From Octopus sinensis (lineage: Eukaryota), in NCBI RefSeq assembly GCF_006345805.1, contig NW_021832380.1, positions 124,001-188,000 on the forward strand: a stretch of 64,000 nucleotides of DNA, given 5' to 3'. Positions 47,750-59,856 of this stretch are shown piece after piece. Numbering within the stretch: position 1 is the first letter of the stretch; every line of letters starts with the position of its first letter. The position numbers and the translations under genes were made by a program. A model generated the notes under the pieces. The model was not told where the DNA came from and did not search any database. It saw only the letters and a list, made by a program, of their open reading frames with translations.

Positions 47750-49267
47750 TTACTTTTTCTTTCTTGATTTGGTTTATCACATATTTACTAATTCTCATTA
47801 TCTTTCTCTCTGTTGTTTGTTGAGCTTTGTAGGTGCTTTAAAACAGAGTTAGTCATGTACATAGGCTTATTTTTGTTTTGTAGATTTATGCATGTGCCTA
47901 TATTTTTTATCAGTAGTCACTATATGTCAAAAAGAAAATCTCTTTCGAATTAAAAGTACAAAATCTGGGTATGATTTTTACGGGCGTACTCATTCTTTTT
48001 TATTTTGGCTAGGTGACGTAGTGAATGTGGTGTAAAATTCAATGTCAACAAGGCAGTTTTAAAGTTTTGTTCTTATTGAAGAATGTGTTGAGTTAGCTAT
48101 TTAGACATTGTTGTTGACCAACTACTTTTAACGGATCAGTGTATCGTTTAGTGGCACGTTCAGGGCTGCATTCATAGTGCAACTAAAAAAGGCAAAACAT
48201 TAAGTAAACAAAAGTTTTGTAGATTAACTCAAAATATCAGTAATAAGACAAAAGACGATAATATCGCTTGTTCTATGTGGACAATGCTAATAAATGTATT
48301 TGAGATTGCTGCTATTTCTTACTTCGAAGAAACCTCAGGAAATGACTTTAGTCAATACTTAATATCTAATGCCTGGCTTGTCTTATCCTCGAATAAGCGC
48401 TACCATTCGGAGAGTTCAACAAAAAGAGAAAATAAGCTCACTAGCATTTCCCAGTTTCTAAGCTAGAATGAGTGATTTTCCAGAGATTGGTTTATGACCT
48501 TATTTTGAGGCTCATAATGTGAAAGCTTTTGCACCTTGGTTAAAGGCCAGACGAATTTTTGCTAAATGTGTAATTATGGTAACCTCAAACGGGAAGCCAA
48601 TCCTAGAAACAGGAAATTTAACTAACATTGTTGAGATTTTTTATTCTAAGAAAATTTTATAAAAAGTTTTTTCATTGCTGTTGTCTACTTTGGTCACTAA
48701 ATCCATTTCTTTAAATAAAGACAAAATGCATGAATCGCCATAGATTTTTGGGAAACAGTTCACTGAAACTTTCTTAACTTAGACGACACAAAAAGTTTGT
48801 ACACTCAGAAAATTGTTGCTCACATAAATATTTTAAAATCAAAAAAATTGATTAACAGCCAAACCTTAAATGGTTTAATAAATCCCAAAATTAACCGAGA
48901 TTAGAAGCATCATATGCTGTAATTTTAATTTATATGTAAAACAAATAGGTTTCAATTATTATTGTAAAAAAACAGACTTCCACATAATTCTAGGGGAAAA
49001 GTTAATTAAACCAGTGGCTTTTGAAATCGCTCGAATTTTATTTGGTCCAGATGCAGTGACTATGCTTAAGGACATACAATTATCCAACGATTATTTTATA
49101 TAATAAATGTGACCGGTTTTATTTTGGACCAGGTTTTATTTTGGACCGACATGCTCAGATTATAATAAAATTATATTTTTTGTTAATTTCTCCACTAAAA
49201 AAAAGAGATAATAATATAAAAATAATAAAAAACCTTAATATTTATTTAATTAATTAAAGCGTGCATA

Positions 49268-51160
49268 GGAATAGGAATAGGAATAGGAAGTTTTATTGGA
49301 AACAGAGAAGGGTTAAAGGTTAGGGGGGAGTTTGTATAATGAAACAATAGGACTACCCTATCGACTTCTTCCCAGAAAAAAAAGAGACCCCCTCAAGTAA
49401 ATTTTTTTTTTTTTTTTTTTTTTTTTTTCTTTTCTACCTCTGCAGGTACGTCCCAGTGACAATTGAGTTGGATTTATAACCACTTATAGCTTTTTCGACA
49501 GTTTCACCGACCATGGAGGATTTACTTTCAAGCCACAGGGGGATGGATCTTCAACTTTTTGGTGGTAAGCAAGCTTCAAAGCGAGCCTGCGAGACTTTTC
49601 AAATTTAGTTAAGATGGTGTCCTTCTTTTTAGAGAAGTACCATCCCTCTTTTCCGTATAGTAGTCCCGGTAGGATCACCGTATTGAAAACGTAGAGGAAA
49701 GTATCAGGCTCCAAATTTAACTTCCTCAGGCAGAACAGAGCATTAGTTGCTTTCCTTTTACTTAATTTTGCGTTTTCGAGATAGTTTCCCTTTTCATCGA
49801 TGAACAAGCCAAGATATTTAATTGAGTTTTGTCGAGGTATGTTCTTGATCAGGCACGGTAAATTTATTAAATTTCTGCTTTCTGTGATTCTCAGTAATGC
49901 GGACTTCTCACGCGCAATAATGAACATATTTTCATCGCACCATTGCTCCACTGTATTCATATATGATATAATCCTTTGTTCGGATAAGGCAGGTTTCGAT
50001 GAAATGTCAAGGATTACAACATCATCGGCGTATATCAAAATTTCCGTCCGTGTGTTGACAGGAGACGGCAGATTGCTCATCACAATGTTGAATAATAGAG
50101 GACTGAGGACTGATCCTTGAGGGACGCCTCTTTTAAGTTTCAGTTCATCCGAGTCATAGTTCAGAAAGCTTATCACAGAGCGCCTGTCGCGGAGGAAGTC
50201 TTTTAGCCATAGGAATAGTCCATATCAAAGGCTTTTGAGATGTCTAGAGACACAATTGTCAGACACTCTTTGAAATCCAGAGCCTTTACAATCGACGAAT
50301 TGAGTGTATAAAGACAGTCAGCACAGGAACGACCCCTCCGAAAGCCCCACTGCACGTCTTTGAGATAACCATTTCTCTCGACGTGTTCAGAGAGTCGTTC
50401 AAACATTACCCTTTCCATTATTCGACTGATGGTAGGAATTAGGCTTATAGGCCTATAACTTGTCGCCAAGTAACCAGGTTTTCCAGGCTTCCGTATCATC
50501 CTTACCTCCGTCAGTTTCCATGAAGAAGGGACGTATCCCAAGCTCACACTGCGGGAGAAGAGACATCCCAAATATTCGTAAAGTTGCTTGGGAGCTTCTT
50601 TGAACATGCGCATGGTTATCTTGTCCTTTCCCGGAGCGTTATTTTTGGAGTATCTAACTGCGTTTTCCACGTCTTTGCACGTTATAGATTCCGAGCACAT
50701 TGGTAATGAGCTAAGATTGTCTTCCAACTCTTTTTCCATATCAAACAAAGCTGAATCAGATAGATTTGTATCCGGATTGACTTCTTGTATTCTTTTGAGA
50801 CTATCAGCAAATATGTTCGGGATTTCTTCATGAGATGCAGGGGATCCATCTTGTTTTAGCAGTTTAGGTATAGTTTTCTCAGACGTCGAGGTTAATTTCG
50901 AGTAGACCTTCCAAAAATTTGGACTTCCTTTATGTAGCTTTTTGCACTCAGTATTCCATTTTTTATCCTTCGCCACCTTCGCCGATTTTCTTATTTCTTC
51001 CGTAATGGTGAAGATTTCACTTTCCAAAACGGACCGGTCACGAAAATCTGCGCAGCGCCGGAGTTTGTTCCTTAGACATTGTTTTTTCCTTAGTAGGATT
51101 TCAACATTCATGTTTGGCATGTGAGTTTTCCTATTGTTTGAGACGATTTTTGTAGAATAT
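49268..51160 (-). mobile_element. 5'-truncated LINE (Jockey/I-group RT) with internal deletion and (TTCCTA)n tail
   Basis: RT motifs APGKD, YRPISL, QWGFR, DISKAFD, GVPQGSVLSP, YADD, KYLG; 9-bp TSD GCGTGCATA at 49259-49267 and 51161-51169. Confidence 0.9.
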
Positions 51161-51169
51161 GCGTGCATA

Positions 51170-51454
51170 ATGGTTCTAGTAGATTTAACAAGAGAAGAAT
51201 TGAAAATAATCAGTGATATTAAGAATAGTATATTAATTGATTCCAATATGGACAAAAGAAAAAAGTATCGCCTTAAAAAAATCGCAAAATTTTTTAATTT
51301 TGTTGACGAAAAGGCATATTTTGTAAAGAATAACAAAAATCTTCGTTTTTTTTGTTCGGAAGAGAGAGAACTTAAGCTAAAAACTATCCAAATTAGAAAC
51401 AGAAATAGATTCCATGATTGCTTTCGAGGGAGGAGAAAATGCAGAAGAAAATGA
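51170..51454 (+). pseudogene. Truncated N-terminus of an integrase-like (Ginger) transposase
   Basis: ATG immediately after the LINE TSD; KKIAKFFNFVDEKAYF...LRFFCSEERELKL resembles the region preceding integrase zinc-binding domains; no DDE core follows. Confidence 0.45.
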
Positions 51455-52139
51455 TAATTTCATACATGAAAACAGAACTCAAAATATCAGAGAAATGAGA
51501 AAAGAAGTGTTAGAGAACATACAAAAAGCTGGAGAAAATATGAAGAGAAAAAGAAGGGGGTTGCAAATAGGGGTTTTAAAATTAAATTAAAAATTAGGGT
51601 GTTTTAGAATTAGGATTTTGGGTGTTAGGGCTATTATTAGAATGTATATGTGTTAGGATTATATTTTTAAATTTTTAATTAATAGAATTATATTTAGTTT
51701 TTAATTTTTTTGGAATGGAAGACCAATTTTTAAATAAATATCGTAACGGCAACGCTGTAATTATCAAATTTGTTGATTGGTTGGTTTGTGCATACTTCCA
51801 TTTTTTAAAAAACAAAATGAAATCAAGAAAAAACTATATAAAAGTATAATTTAACATTAACTAATATATTTTTAGTGGAATAAAATTTTTATTATTGATT
51901 TTTTTTCTCGGTCCAAAATAAAACCTGGTCCAAAATAAAACCTGTGACAATAAATAGTCCAACATGTCTAAACGTGCGTCTGAGGAGGCCAAAAATTGTA
52001 CTAAACTAACAAAAAAAGTTAATTTTATTTAAGGTGGTCTCCAACAAATTTTACAGTGAAAAAATGGTCCCCAGTCTGAAAAAAAATTGAGAACCACTTG
52101 TATATAACATTGTTTTAAAAATATAATAAATGGAGATAT

Positions 52140-52888
52140 GGGGAAATATATACGGGACCACTGCAAAAAAGTAGGCAGACTGTTGACCATCTAGCCACGC
52201 GGTGTGGTAGGATGCTAAACAGTGATTATCTCCGAAGACACAACAAAGTGGTAAAGTGTATTCATCTCCAATTGTGTCGAATGTATGGAATTAAACGACG
52301 CGGGAAATTGAAAGGACATTAGAGTGTATCAATAATGTCGACCCAAAATGTCGAAATCAGAGTTGACACGTCAATTATGACTGAAACGAAAGTCCAATTC
52401 AATAAACCTGATATTTTTGTTTATGACGAGAGGAAAAGAGAAATTCATTTAATCAAAGTTGGAGTTACCTCGCAAGACCGTTTAAAGCAAGTGGAAGTGG
52501 AAAAATTTCACAAATACGATCTCCTTGCAAACGAACTGTTGAAGCAAAAGTGAAGATTATTCCAATTGTCTTGACATGGGATAGAGTTGTCTCAAAGTTC
52601 TTTAAACGTCATATGGACAAGTTTTCCATTGAAGATGGAACGAGGACATATACCCAGTCGGTTGTGCTGAAAAGGACGCTAGAGAGTATGCATATCGAGC
52701 ACAGACATGGGATAAAGGTAGACAACGAGGAGTATGCCTTTGCCGCCAATCAACTTGCGGAGCTGCCATGTCGTGAGGACACTCAGTTAAATAAAATCAT
52801 TGACACAGAAATAGAAAATGATAGGAAGTTTATGGAAAACTCTTCTTCCAAGCGAAGAAGAGAAATCCCTGAAAATCTGGATTTTTAA
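52140..52888 (+). mobile_element. R4/Dong-like non-LTR 3' remnant (CCHC knuckle plus REL endonuclease)
   Basis: CKK..TVDHLATRC...RRHN, NKPDIFVYD...LIKVGVT, EKFHKYDLLA, IIPIVLTWD; stops and frameshifts. Confidence 0.8.
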
Positions 52889-52999
52889 TTAGATAATTTA
52901 AAATAGAATAGTTTGAACAAGGTTGAGGTTATAATATGAACACAGTCGTACTGCTTCGTAAAAAGTCTTGCGATAACCAAACATTAAATATTTTTTAGA

Positions 53000-53600
53000 G
53001 CCAAATATAAATGAGTAAGCTCTAGTTTGTGGCTCTAGAAACTGTTTCACATAAAGAGACCCAAAAATTGTTTGAGCAATCTATCGTAGATTGTATACTA
53101 TTTTGTCCCCGACATACAAATGAAGCATTCCTACAAACATCGTTTTCCCACATTCCAGTTGCGATATTCATATACACACAACTTCGATTAGTATCCAAAT
53201 TAGAATATCATATTTTCCAATTGTTATAATTCTACAAAAATTCATTCAAGAAATTACATTCTTGATATCGTCTCCAGGAAGAAACGCATTCTTGACGTTC
53301 TTTTGTTTAAAGTTTAATCCAATAGTTACTTCCATATTATCTTTTACATGACAAAATGACTATTAACCAGAAACAACGTAATTTTCCTTTTCATTGCAAG
53401 GAATAAAGAGGCCTTCTCCCAGTGTACTACAAATTGTTTTGGCAACAGACAGCGGTATCTTATTTAGGGTCTAGGCGGTTTTTTTAATGATGCCTTAATT
53501 TCCAGTAAAGCCATGTTTTTTACATAACAACTTAAACTAGTAAATTTTAAAAACTCAAATGGTTTTTTGGAAAAGTTAAAAAACGACATGAATTTCAAAT
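53000..53600 (-). mobile_element. Possible decayed IS630/Tc1-like transposase
   Basis: Only faint fragments (ITLFL...FFLETI, NASF) across frames. Confidence 0.25.
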
Positions 53601-53664
53601 GCGAAAATTGATCAACAAAACTGAAGGAACGAAAAATGGCCAATTTGAGAGGGTTGAGTGTAAT

Positions 53665-53849
53665 TTGTCAATCATATTAGTTAATTCTAGAAAATTCTGT
53701 TCAACATTTTCCCATCCTCAGTGACGTTTGATTCTGCTCAGATATTAGAATTAAGGTTTCTTATGTATATTCCCCGTTTGTGACAGCGTGTCTTCTATAA
53801 CGACTTTAATTCATTTAATTAACTGTTCGTGATTAAATTTTTTTGTGTT
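53665..53849 (+). repeat. Partial copy of the ~470-bp repeat unit (end of block A plus block B)
   Basis: Aligns by eye with about 60105-60325 (CTGTTCAACAT, TTCCCCGTTTGT, GTTCGTGATTAAAT). Confidence 0.85.
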
Positions 53850-54310
53850 TTTATTGTTTAGTTTTTTTTTACATTTTTTTGTAAAGACACCAAAACAAAG
53901 AGATAGAAGAAAAGCGTAAAGTCCCAGCGGCAAGGACGCAGTTTGCATTGCCGCGAACAATGCCTAGACCGATGCGCTGGCGGAACCAGAGGCCCTCTCT
54001 CGGGTCCTTGAGCCTCCTCCCAATGGACTGCCCGACCTCGTTGAGGAACGAGTCAGTCTCCTTTCCCGCGGCTCCAGCGGTCTCCAGGGCGATTGGCGTA
54101 ACGCGGTAGCGGTCCGCGAGCGAAGAATATTTTTGTAGCTTCATCTTTTCGGCGTGGTTTGCAGCCGAACAAGGGTTCGCGGCGGAAGAATGGATCCTCG
54201 ACTTTGAAAAGATATCCACAACGGTAACATCCCATACAAGGGCCTTCCCCGACGAGTACGGGAATATTGTCATCCCGTCTCCCCGATCGAGTCCGACCGG
54301 TTCGACGAGG
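53850..54310 (-). mobile_element. 5'-truncated CRE-clade fragment 1
   Basis: EPVGLDRGDG, WDVTVVD, AEKMKLQKY, PIALETAG, IGLGIVRGN. Confidence 0.85.
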
Positions 54311-54384
54311 CACGAATAAATAATTGATTTGAAGTTTAAAAATGAACTTCCATGCAAATTGAATTTTTCACAGTCCGAATAAAA

Positions 54385-54734
54385 TTTTTTTTTTTTTTTT
54401 TTTATATGTAATTAACAAATAGTTATTAACTAACTAAATTCCCGGCATCGTAAATGGAAACACAGTTTCCACGTACTATGGCCAAGGAAATCCTTTCGAA
54501 AAGCCACTTGGACTCGCGTGGGTCTCCCCGTTTATGGGAGATCATGCGGCCAAGCTTTTTTAGAAAGGAAAGAGACTTTTCGCCGATGACGCCGGAAGTC
54601 TCGACGGCGATGGGAGTGAACAGATACCGTTCAGAGAGCTCCTTGTACTTTCCAATCTTCATCTTCTCGGTTTTGCGAGAGACTGAGCCAGGCTCGACAG
54701 CTGAAGAAGGAAGGTTGAGCTCCGAGAAAGTGTC
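54385..54734 (-). mobile_element. 5'-truncated CRE-clade fragment 2 with poly(A)
   Basis: SDTFS...EKMKIGKY...PIAVETSGVIG...RISLAIVRGN; T-run at about 54385-54403. Confidence 0.85.
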
Positions 54735-55030
54735 TGATTGAATTTTTTGGTGTTAAAAAAGAGACGTTTCCTTTTTATGCCCCATGCAACCACTGAGGGT
54801 TGCATTTACGACGACATACCCTTATTTGTTTGATTTGTTTCATTACCTGACTTTCTTAGCCTGCAGCATGTTACAGTAGAATGAAAGCAGGTTTTTTAAA
54901 TTCCTATCCATATGGCCATATGGCCAAAATTAATTTACTTTAAATTATAAGTAAACAAGCTAATCAATGACAGTTTTAGTCTGCTCCAATATTTTAATTA
55001 ATTTGTCAATCATTAGTCAATTCTACCAAA
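54735..55030 (+). repeat. Block A of the repeat unit (Sm-like site, hairpins, palindrome); candidate ncRNA
   Basis: Closely similar to 59857-60135; AATTTTTTGG at 54741-54750. Confidence 0.85.
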
Positions 55031-55059
55031 TTCTCTTCAATCGTCTCGTCTTTTCGAGT

Positions 55060-56530
55060 AGATCATGAGACGACTGGTAGAATCTTTCGGTTTTGGAATA
55101 TCAGCAACGTAAATATTAACAAGTATAGGGCTCTAGACCGAGCCTTTAGGTACCCCTCTTTTGAGATTGACAGATTTCGACAAACGGTTTCTGCATCGTA
55201 TGTATGACCGCCTCATGTATAGATAGCTCTTCAGCCAATTGACCGTTCTAGACTCGAGTTTTATTTTGGCGACACTTTCCAAGAGGCTGTCAAAAGCTTT
55301 TGAGACATCGAGGTAGATAGCAATAGTCGCTATATTGTTTGCAGGACTAAGCGAGATGGCTTTCTCGAGTTCTTCGAAACAATCTCTGCAGGATCTTCTT
55401 TGTCGGAATCCCAACTGCTCAGCTGCAAGTGCACCTGATTCCTCTACAAAGTTTGAAAGCCTTGTGAAGACAATCCGTTCCATAATTTTAGAGACGGAGC
55501 ATATTAAGCTTATTTGCCGATAGTTCTTTGCATGGTCCTTTATTTTTCCAGGCTTTGGAATCATACGTACGATTGACTTTTTCCAAGAGTCCGGTACGTA
55601 TCCAAATCTCCAGCTTGCATTGTATAGTGCGGTATCGTAGGAGAATAGTTGGGGCATGTTTGAATACAGTAATTGGAATGTGCATTGTTCTTATTATTAT
55701 TATTATTATTATTATTTAAGCCAAAAACAGAATCACCGTCTTAACCATTAACTAACGTGTTCAGGTGATTCCGACACTTCTCAACAGTCGAGCCATCTTT
55801 TCACGATGTTCAGACCGTGACCCCACACACTTTCTGTATGTACGGTGAATGGTTTGTGGTCCATCTCCACGATCCCTCCCACTTGCCTCTACAAGAGACT
55901 CCAGTGTTCGATGGACAATTTTCCTGTCGGTATGGTCCTTCAGTAGGTTTATGGATTTTTCTTGGATTTTCTCGATTTTTAGTTGGTTTGTAACACATAA
56001 TAGCGGCATACGTTTCTTCCAACGTTATATCTCTGCACAGTGGTCCTGTATAACTCAAGTTTGCTCGCAGACTTTTCTGTGTCTCACATGTAACTTCTTT
56101 CGGAACCATGTCGATCGGGTTCACCTCTTGAACCTTTGCCAGTTGTTTTCGCAAAAGTGAAAGAACTTCATCGAGCGGGATAGCTATTCCATCAGTTTTT
56201 CAGTCGGATCTCTACTCCTTTGTTCTCCATATTACGTAGTCTGTTGAAAACCTTCCAAAAATGATGGTTTTTCTTATTCAGTTTCGAGCATTGACTCTTC
56301 CAACCAAGATCTGAATGTTTTTTTGCGACATCATTTATCTCTGTTTTCACGATACAAATCTTATCGCGAAGACAAATACGATCTATGAGGTCACTGAATC
56401 GTCTTAGCTTTTTTCAAGGTTTCCCTTCCATTTTATAAGTTTTCCCAAAGATTCGTCTATCCGGGTTTTTCTGTTACTATTTGACATGATGTATTTTCTG
56501 ACCGAAGATTTTTGGAGAAAATCCAGTATA
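55060..56530 (-). mobile_element. Decayed LINE of the 49268-51160 family, interrupted by a younger insertion
   Basis: KVQEVNP, ITLEETYAAI, SWKKSIVRMIPKPGK, QLGFR, DVSKAFD, GVPKGS. Confidence 0.85.
55691..55988 (-). mobile_element. 5'-truncated young copy of the 2A-LINE 3' end with (TAA)n tail
   Basis: About five substitutions versus 12687-12975; splits the host codons C-Y-K-N-N. Confidence 0.92.
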
Positions 56531-56569
56531 GCTTCCCTGAGAATTTTATCAAGTTTTTCAATTTGTATA

Positions 56570-59500
56570 TTTGATTATGTTATGTAATTATTTAGTTTTT
56601 TATTGCTTAGTTAAGTTAAATTTTTAAGTTTTTTTATAATTATTTAATTTTTGTAATTTTTAAGTTAATTTTTTTAGTTTATAGATTAATAAAGTTATTT
56701 TTTGGTTAATTTTTTTTATTTTTAGCTTAAATAATTGATTTAAAGTTTTACAAATTAACTTACATTTGCTAAAATAATTGTTAATTAAGTAAATTTATGA
56801 TGTTAATTCTTTGATTGAGAGGACGCGCGAATAGATAGGCAGTTTCCGCGCAATATCGCGAGCGAAATGCGCTGAAAAAGCCAACTAGACTCACGTCTCT
56901 CGTGACTCTTCCTTGAGATCATCAAGCCGATTTCCGAAAGGAACTCAAGAGCTTTTGGCCGATTATCCCGCTCGTTTCGAAAGCCAGGGGGACGAAAAGG
57001 CAGGTGTTCTCCAATGAGGCATACTTTGTTATTTTTTTTGTTTCGGCATGTGCGGAGGCTGAGCCAGGGCGGGAGGCAGAGTCCATGAGAGATGACGAGG
57101 AAAACGAGTCGACACAGGTCACGTCCCAAACGAGAGCGAGTCCCCCCTTGAACGGGAATAGCGTGGACCCGTCGGGACGTTTTCCGTCGCCACGGTCTAA
57201 ACCAACCGGCTCTAGGACCGAAGGGAATCCAGCGGCGTTGAGCGCGCGCTTGACAATATCATTCAAGGCGGCATGTCTGGGTATACGGCCGGTACTGAGG
57301 CGACAAGAGAGGGGGTAGCCCTCTCCTGTCAATGACCTTTCCGCATCTGCACTGATGTGGCAGGCAAATCTCTATGCCAAGCCGTAAACAGATTCCGATG
57401 CGGACAGATTCGTCGTCCAGCAACATTCCAGCAGAGGAAATCGGCAAAGCGCCAAGCCAATCGGCCGAGTGGGGTTGACAGGCACAATTGATGCTTGCCA
57501 ACTGAAACTGGTCAGCACGTAGGCGGATATCTTCGAGTGTATGCAAACAATGTAATCATCCCAGTTCTTTTGAACTGAGGGGACGTCCGGGATTTTAAGC
57601 CCACGAGAAATCCACATGTTGACACCCGCCGCATATTCCAACAACTCGGGCTGTTCAGGGAAGGGGAAGAGAACAGAGTTGAAGGAAGTAGCAGAGGCAG
57701 ACAACGAGGAAAGGTAACATGGGAGGGATAAATCAACACAAGAACGAATGCCGATGCCCCCGTAACGAATAGGTAAATTAACCCGTCGCATGTCTGAAGG
57801 TTTGAATTTGATATTTACGAGGAGTTCAAGAGCTTCGGAGACTATGTTGTCGAGACGAAATAAGTGATTTTGTTCGAGAAAGCACGGCGATGAGCGCAAG
57901 AGATAAGTTAGCCTCGGTATGAAGAGATAGTTCTTTAGCAAGAAAAGGCCTAAATGGGATTCGAGTTTGGAAATGCGGGAGATTAAAGTTTCCAATTCTT
58001 CGAGCCTGCCATATAAAGCCTTCTTAGTAGCCTTGCTATTGATTGGGGAACCCAGAATGATGAGGTCATCAAGCTGGGTGATGCCCAGGCCTTCAATATG
58101 GCGAGATAAGGTCGAAAAAATTAATTTGAATTCCGAAGGGCTCGCAGACAAGCATATCAGCTCGGATTTGGATCCATTCAAAGCGAGCCCAATAGACGCA
58201 AAACCAGAAATAATTTTTTCCATATCCTTCCTGACGGTCTCCAAAGCCCCGCCGAGAGTAACATCATCGAGGTACCAAATGTTTACCTCGGAGGACAATT
58301 GGCGGGCAATGTGATCAACCCCGAGTGAGAATAAAAGGGGCCCAAGAGGGTCGCCTTGTTGGATGCCAGTTTCGGACATAATAACATTGTCGGCAAACAA
58401 GAGACAGCTGGGGGAGGCGTAAGACAGATGGACGATCGGATATAAGGCAGGGAAACGACAACGGACAATTTCAAGGATATGATCGCGCCGAATCGAGTTG
58501 AACGCGTTTTTGACATCAATTTTAAGAAGGAATGGGATTTCAGTACATTTTGCAGAAGACAGCTGCCGTATGCCATGGGCGGCTGCTTCGCAGGCTCCTT
58601 TAACGCCCACGCCCAGTTGAATTGGCATAAGCTTAGCACTTGCTTCCGGAACCACTGATTGACAAATAATTTTAGCAGCAAGGCGTCTGAAGATGTTGCC
58701 CACAGCGATAGGCCGTACACCACCATCACTTTTGTTAAGAGCAGTCAGATTTGCGGAAAAGAGTACGTCCCTAGCGAAAGGAGGGATCGTACCAGAGATG
58801 ATTCTTGAGCAGAGAGAAGTGATGGCCAACAATAAGCGTCTTCCACCCTCTGCAGTTACAGGGGAAATCAGATCTTTTATATGAATCGGTTTCAAGCCAT
58901 CGATACCCCCACTGCTGCTGAATGGGAAAGAGCTGAGGGCGGCAGTTACATCCGTCGAAGAGACGGGATATATAGAATCAGTCACCGGATCCGGGATTTC
59001 GGATAAGTCATCCGGGGCGCCGGGGTGTTTAGAGCGCAATTGGTCGAGGATTTTGTCAGAAGGGGGGGCAATTGTGGTGTTGGAGGAAATAACACGTACT
59101 GCACTCCGAACGTCGCCTTGCATAAGCTTGCTGCGAACCATTCGGGAAATGTCCTGAGTGCTCCGAATTAAACGAGGGAGCCTTTCAGCAGCATCAAGGG
59201 AAAAATAGCTCATATCAAATTCTGAATTGTTGAAAAACTCACAGTTTGTTTTAATTTGCTGCGAGAGGGACAAGCGGACACCACGAAGAGTGCCGTTTGA
59301 AGGGCTGCCCAGACAGACAGGGACAAATGAGAGAAACTTGAGCCAATCGTTCCAAGAATTCGAGGTCAGAGCCCGCTCAATAGCCAAAGCTAAGGAGTTA
59401 GCCACTTGGATCCTGGCCGATTTAGGAATGCGTGACGGAATAGATCTCGATTTCCGGAAACGAGACAAAAGTACAAGAAACTCGCGAGCTTTGCAACAAG

Positions 59501-59856
59501 ACCGGTCTTTAGGTATTTTGGAAAGAGTCGGGGCCTCGATGTACAGAGGGAAGAAGAGCAGCGAAAACATTCCAGTTTGCGATGCTTGCCGAGCTGATCT
59601 TCGATAAGCCGACACAGGAGAGGTGGAAGTAGTTTGCACGAAGAACAATACCTTCCCTTTTTCCGAGGGCACGTAAGTTCGCACTTGCTGCAGGGAGACA
59701 TAGGATCAGAAAAAGAATAAACAGAGAATAATTATTAGATAGATGACAATTACAACAATGGATTATTGAATAAGAAATGAACAAATGAAAAGAAAGAAAT
59801 GAACAACAACAACAAAGTGCAACCACGTGAACGTGAACAACCTCAAAATCCATTTA
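56570..59856 (-). mobile_element. Near full-length CRE-clade non-LTR retrotransposon (Cys-rich N-terminus, RT, zinc knuckle, REL), with several frameshifts
   Basis: RT: GGVRPIAVG, QLGVG, IDVKNAFN, GIQQGDPLGP, YLDD, PIRYGGIG; REL: RHAALND, RPDG, WDVTC, ETKKITKY, PLAFETSG, RISLAILRGN; A-rich 3' UTR about 56570-56800. Confidence 0.92.

Larger units (their letters stand above)
49108..51949. mobile_element. Ginger2/TDD-like DNA transposon (non-autonomous) containing a nested LINE
   Basis: TGT...ACA termini; ~40-bp TIRs built of tandem GGTTTTATTTTGGACC(A) units (49108-49149 and 51908-51949); identical 5-bp flanks ATAAA. Confidence 0.8.

Noticed and set aside
48100-48700. Possible hAT transposase debris
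   Set aside because: A single weak HC..H-like motif; too degraded to call.
49113-49150. Short tandem 17-bp repeats as a CRISPR-like array
   Set aside because: No spacers; they are the transposon TIR, and the context is eukaryotic.
51590-51645. TTAGGG-like words, with similar TGGGTGTTAATAAT repeats at 10045-10080
   Set aside because: Not tandem or regular; low-complexity sequence, not interstitial telomere.
53760-53830. Repeat unit as canonical U1, U2, U4 or U5 snRNA
   Set aside because: No GUAGUA branch-pairing motif, no conserved ACUUACCUG (CTTACCT is in only one copy) and no conserved U5 loop.
54781-54900. Hammerhead ribozyme or SECIS in block A
   Set aside because: The CUGAnGA/GAAA core and the apical AAA are not correctly placed.
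57967-59607. Plus-strand ORFs within the CRE element
   Set aside because: Antisense shadows of the RT ORF.
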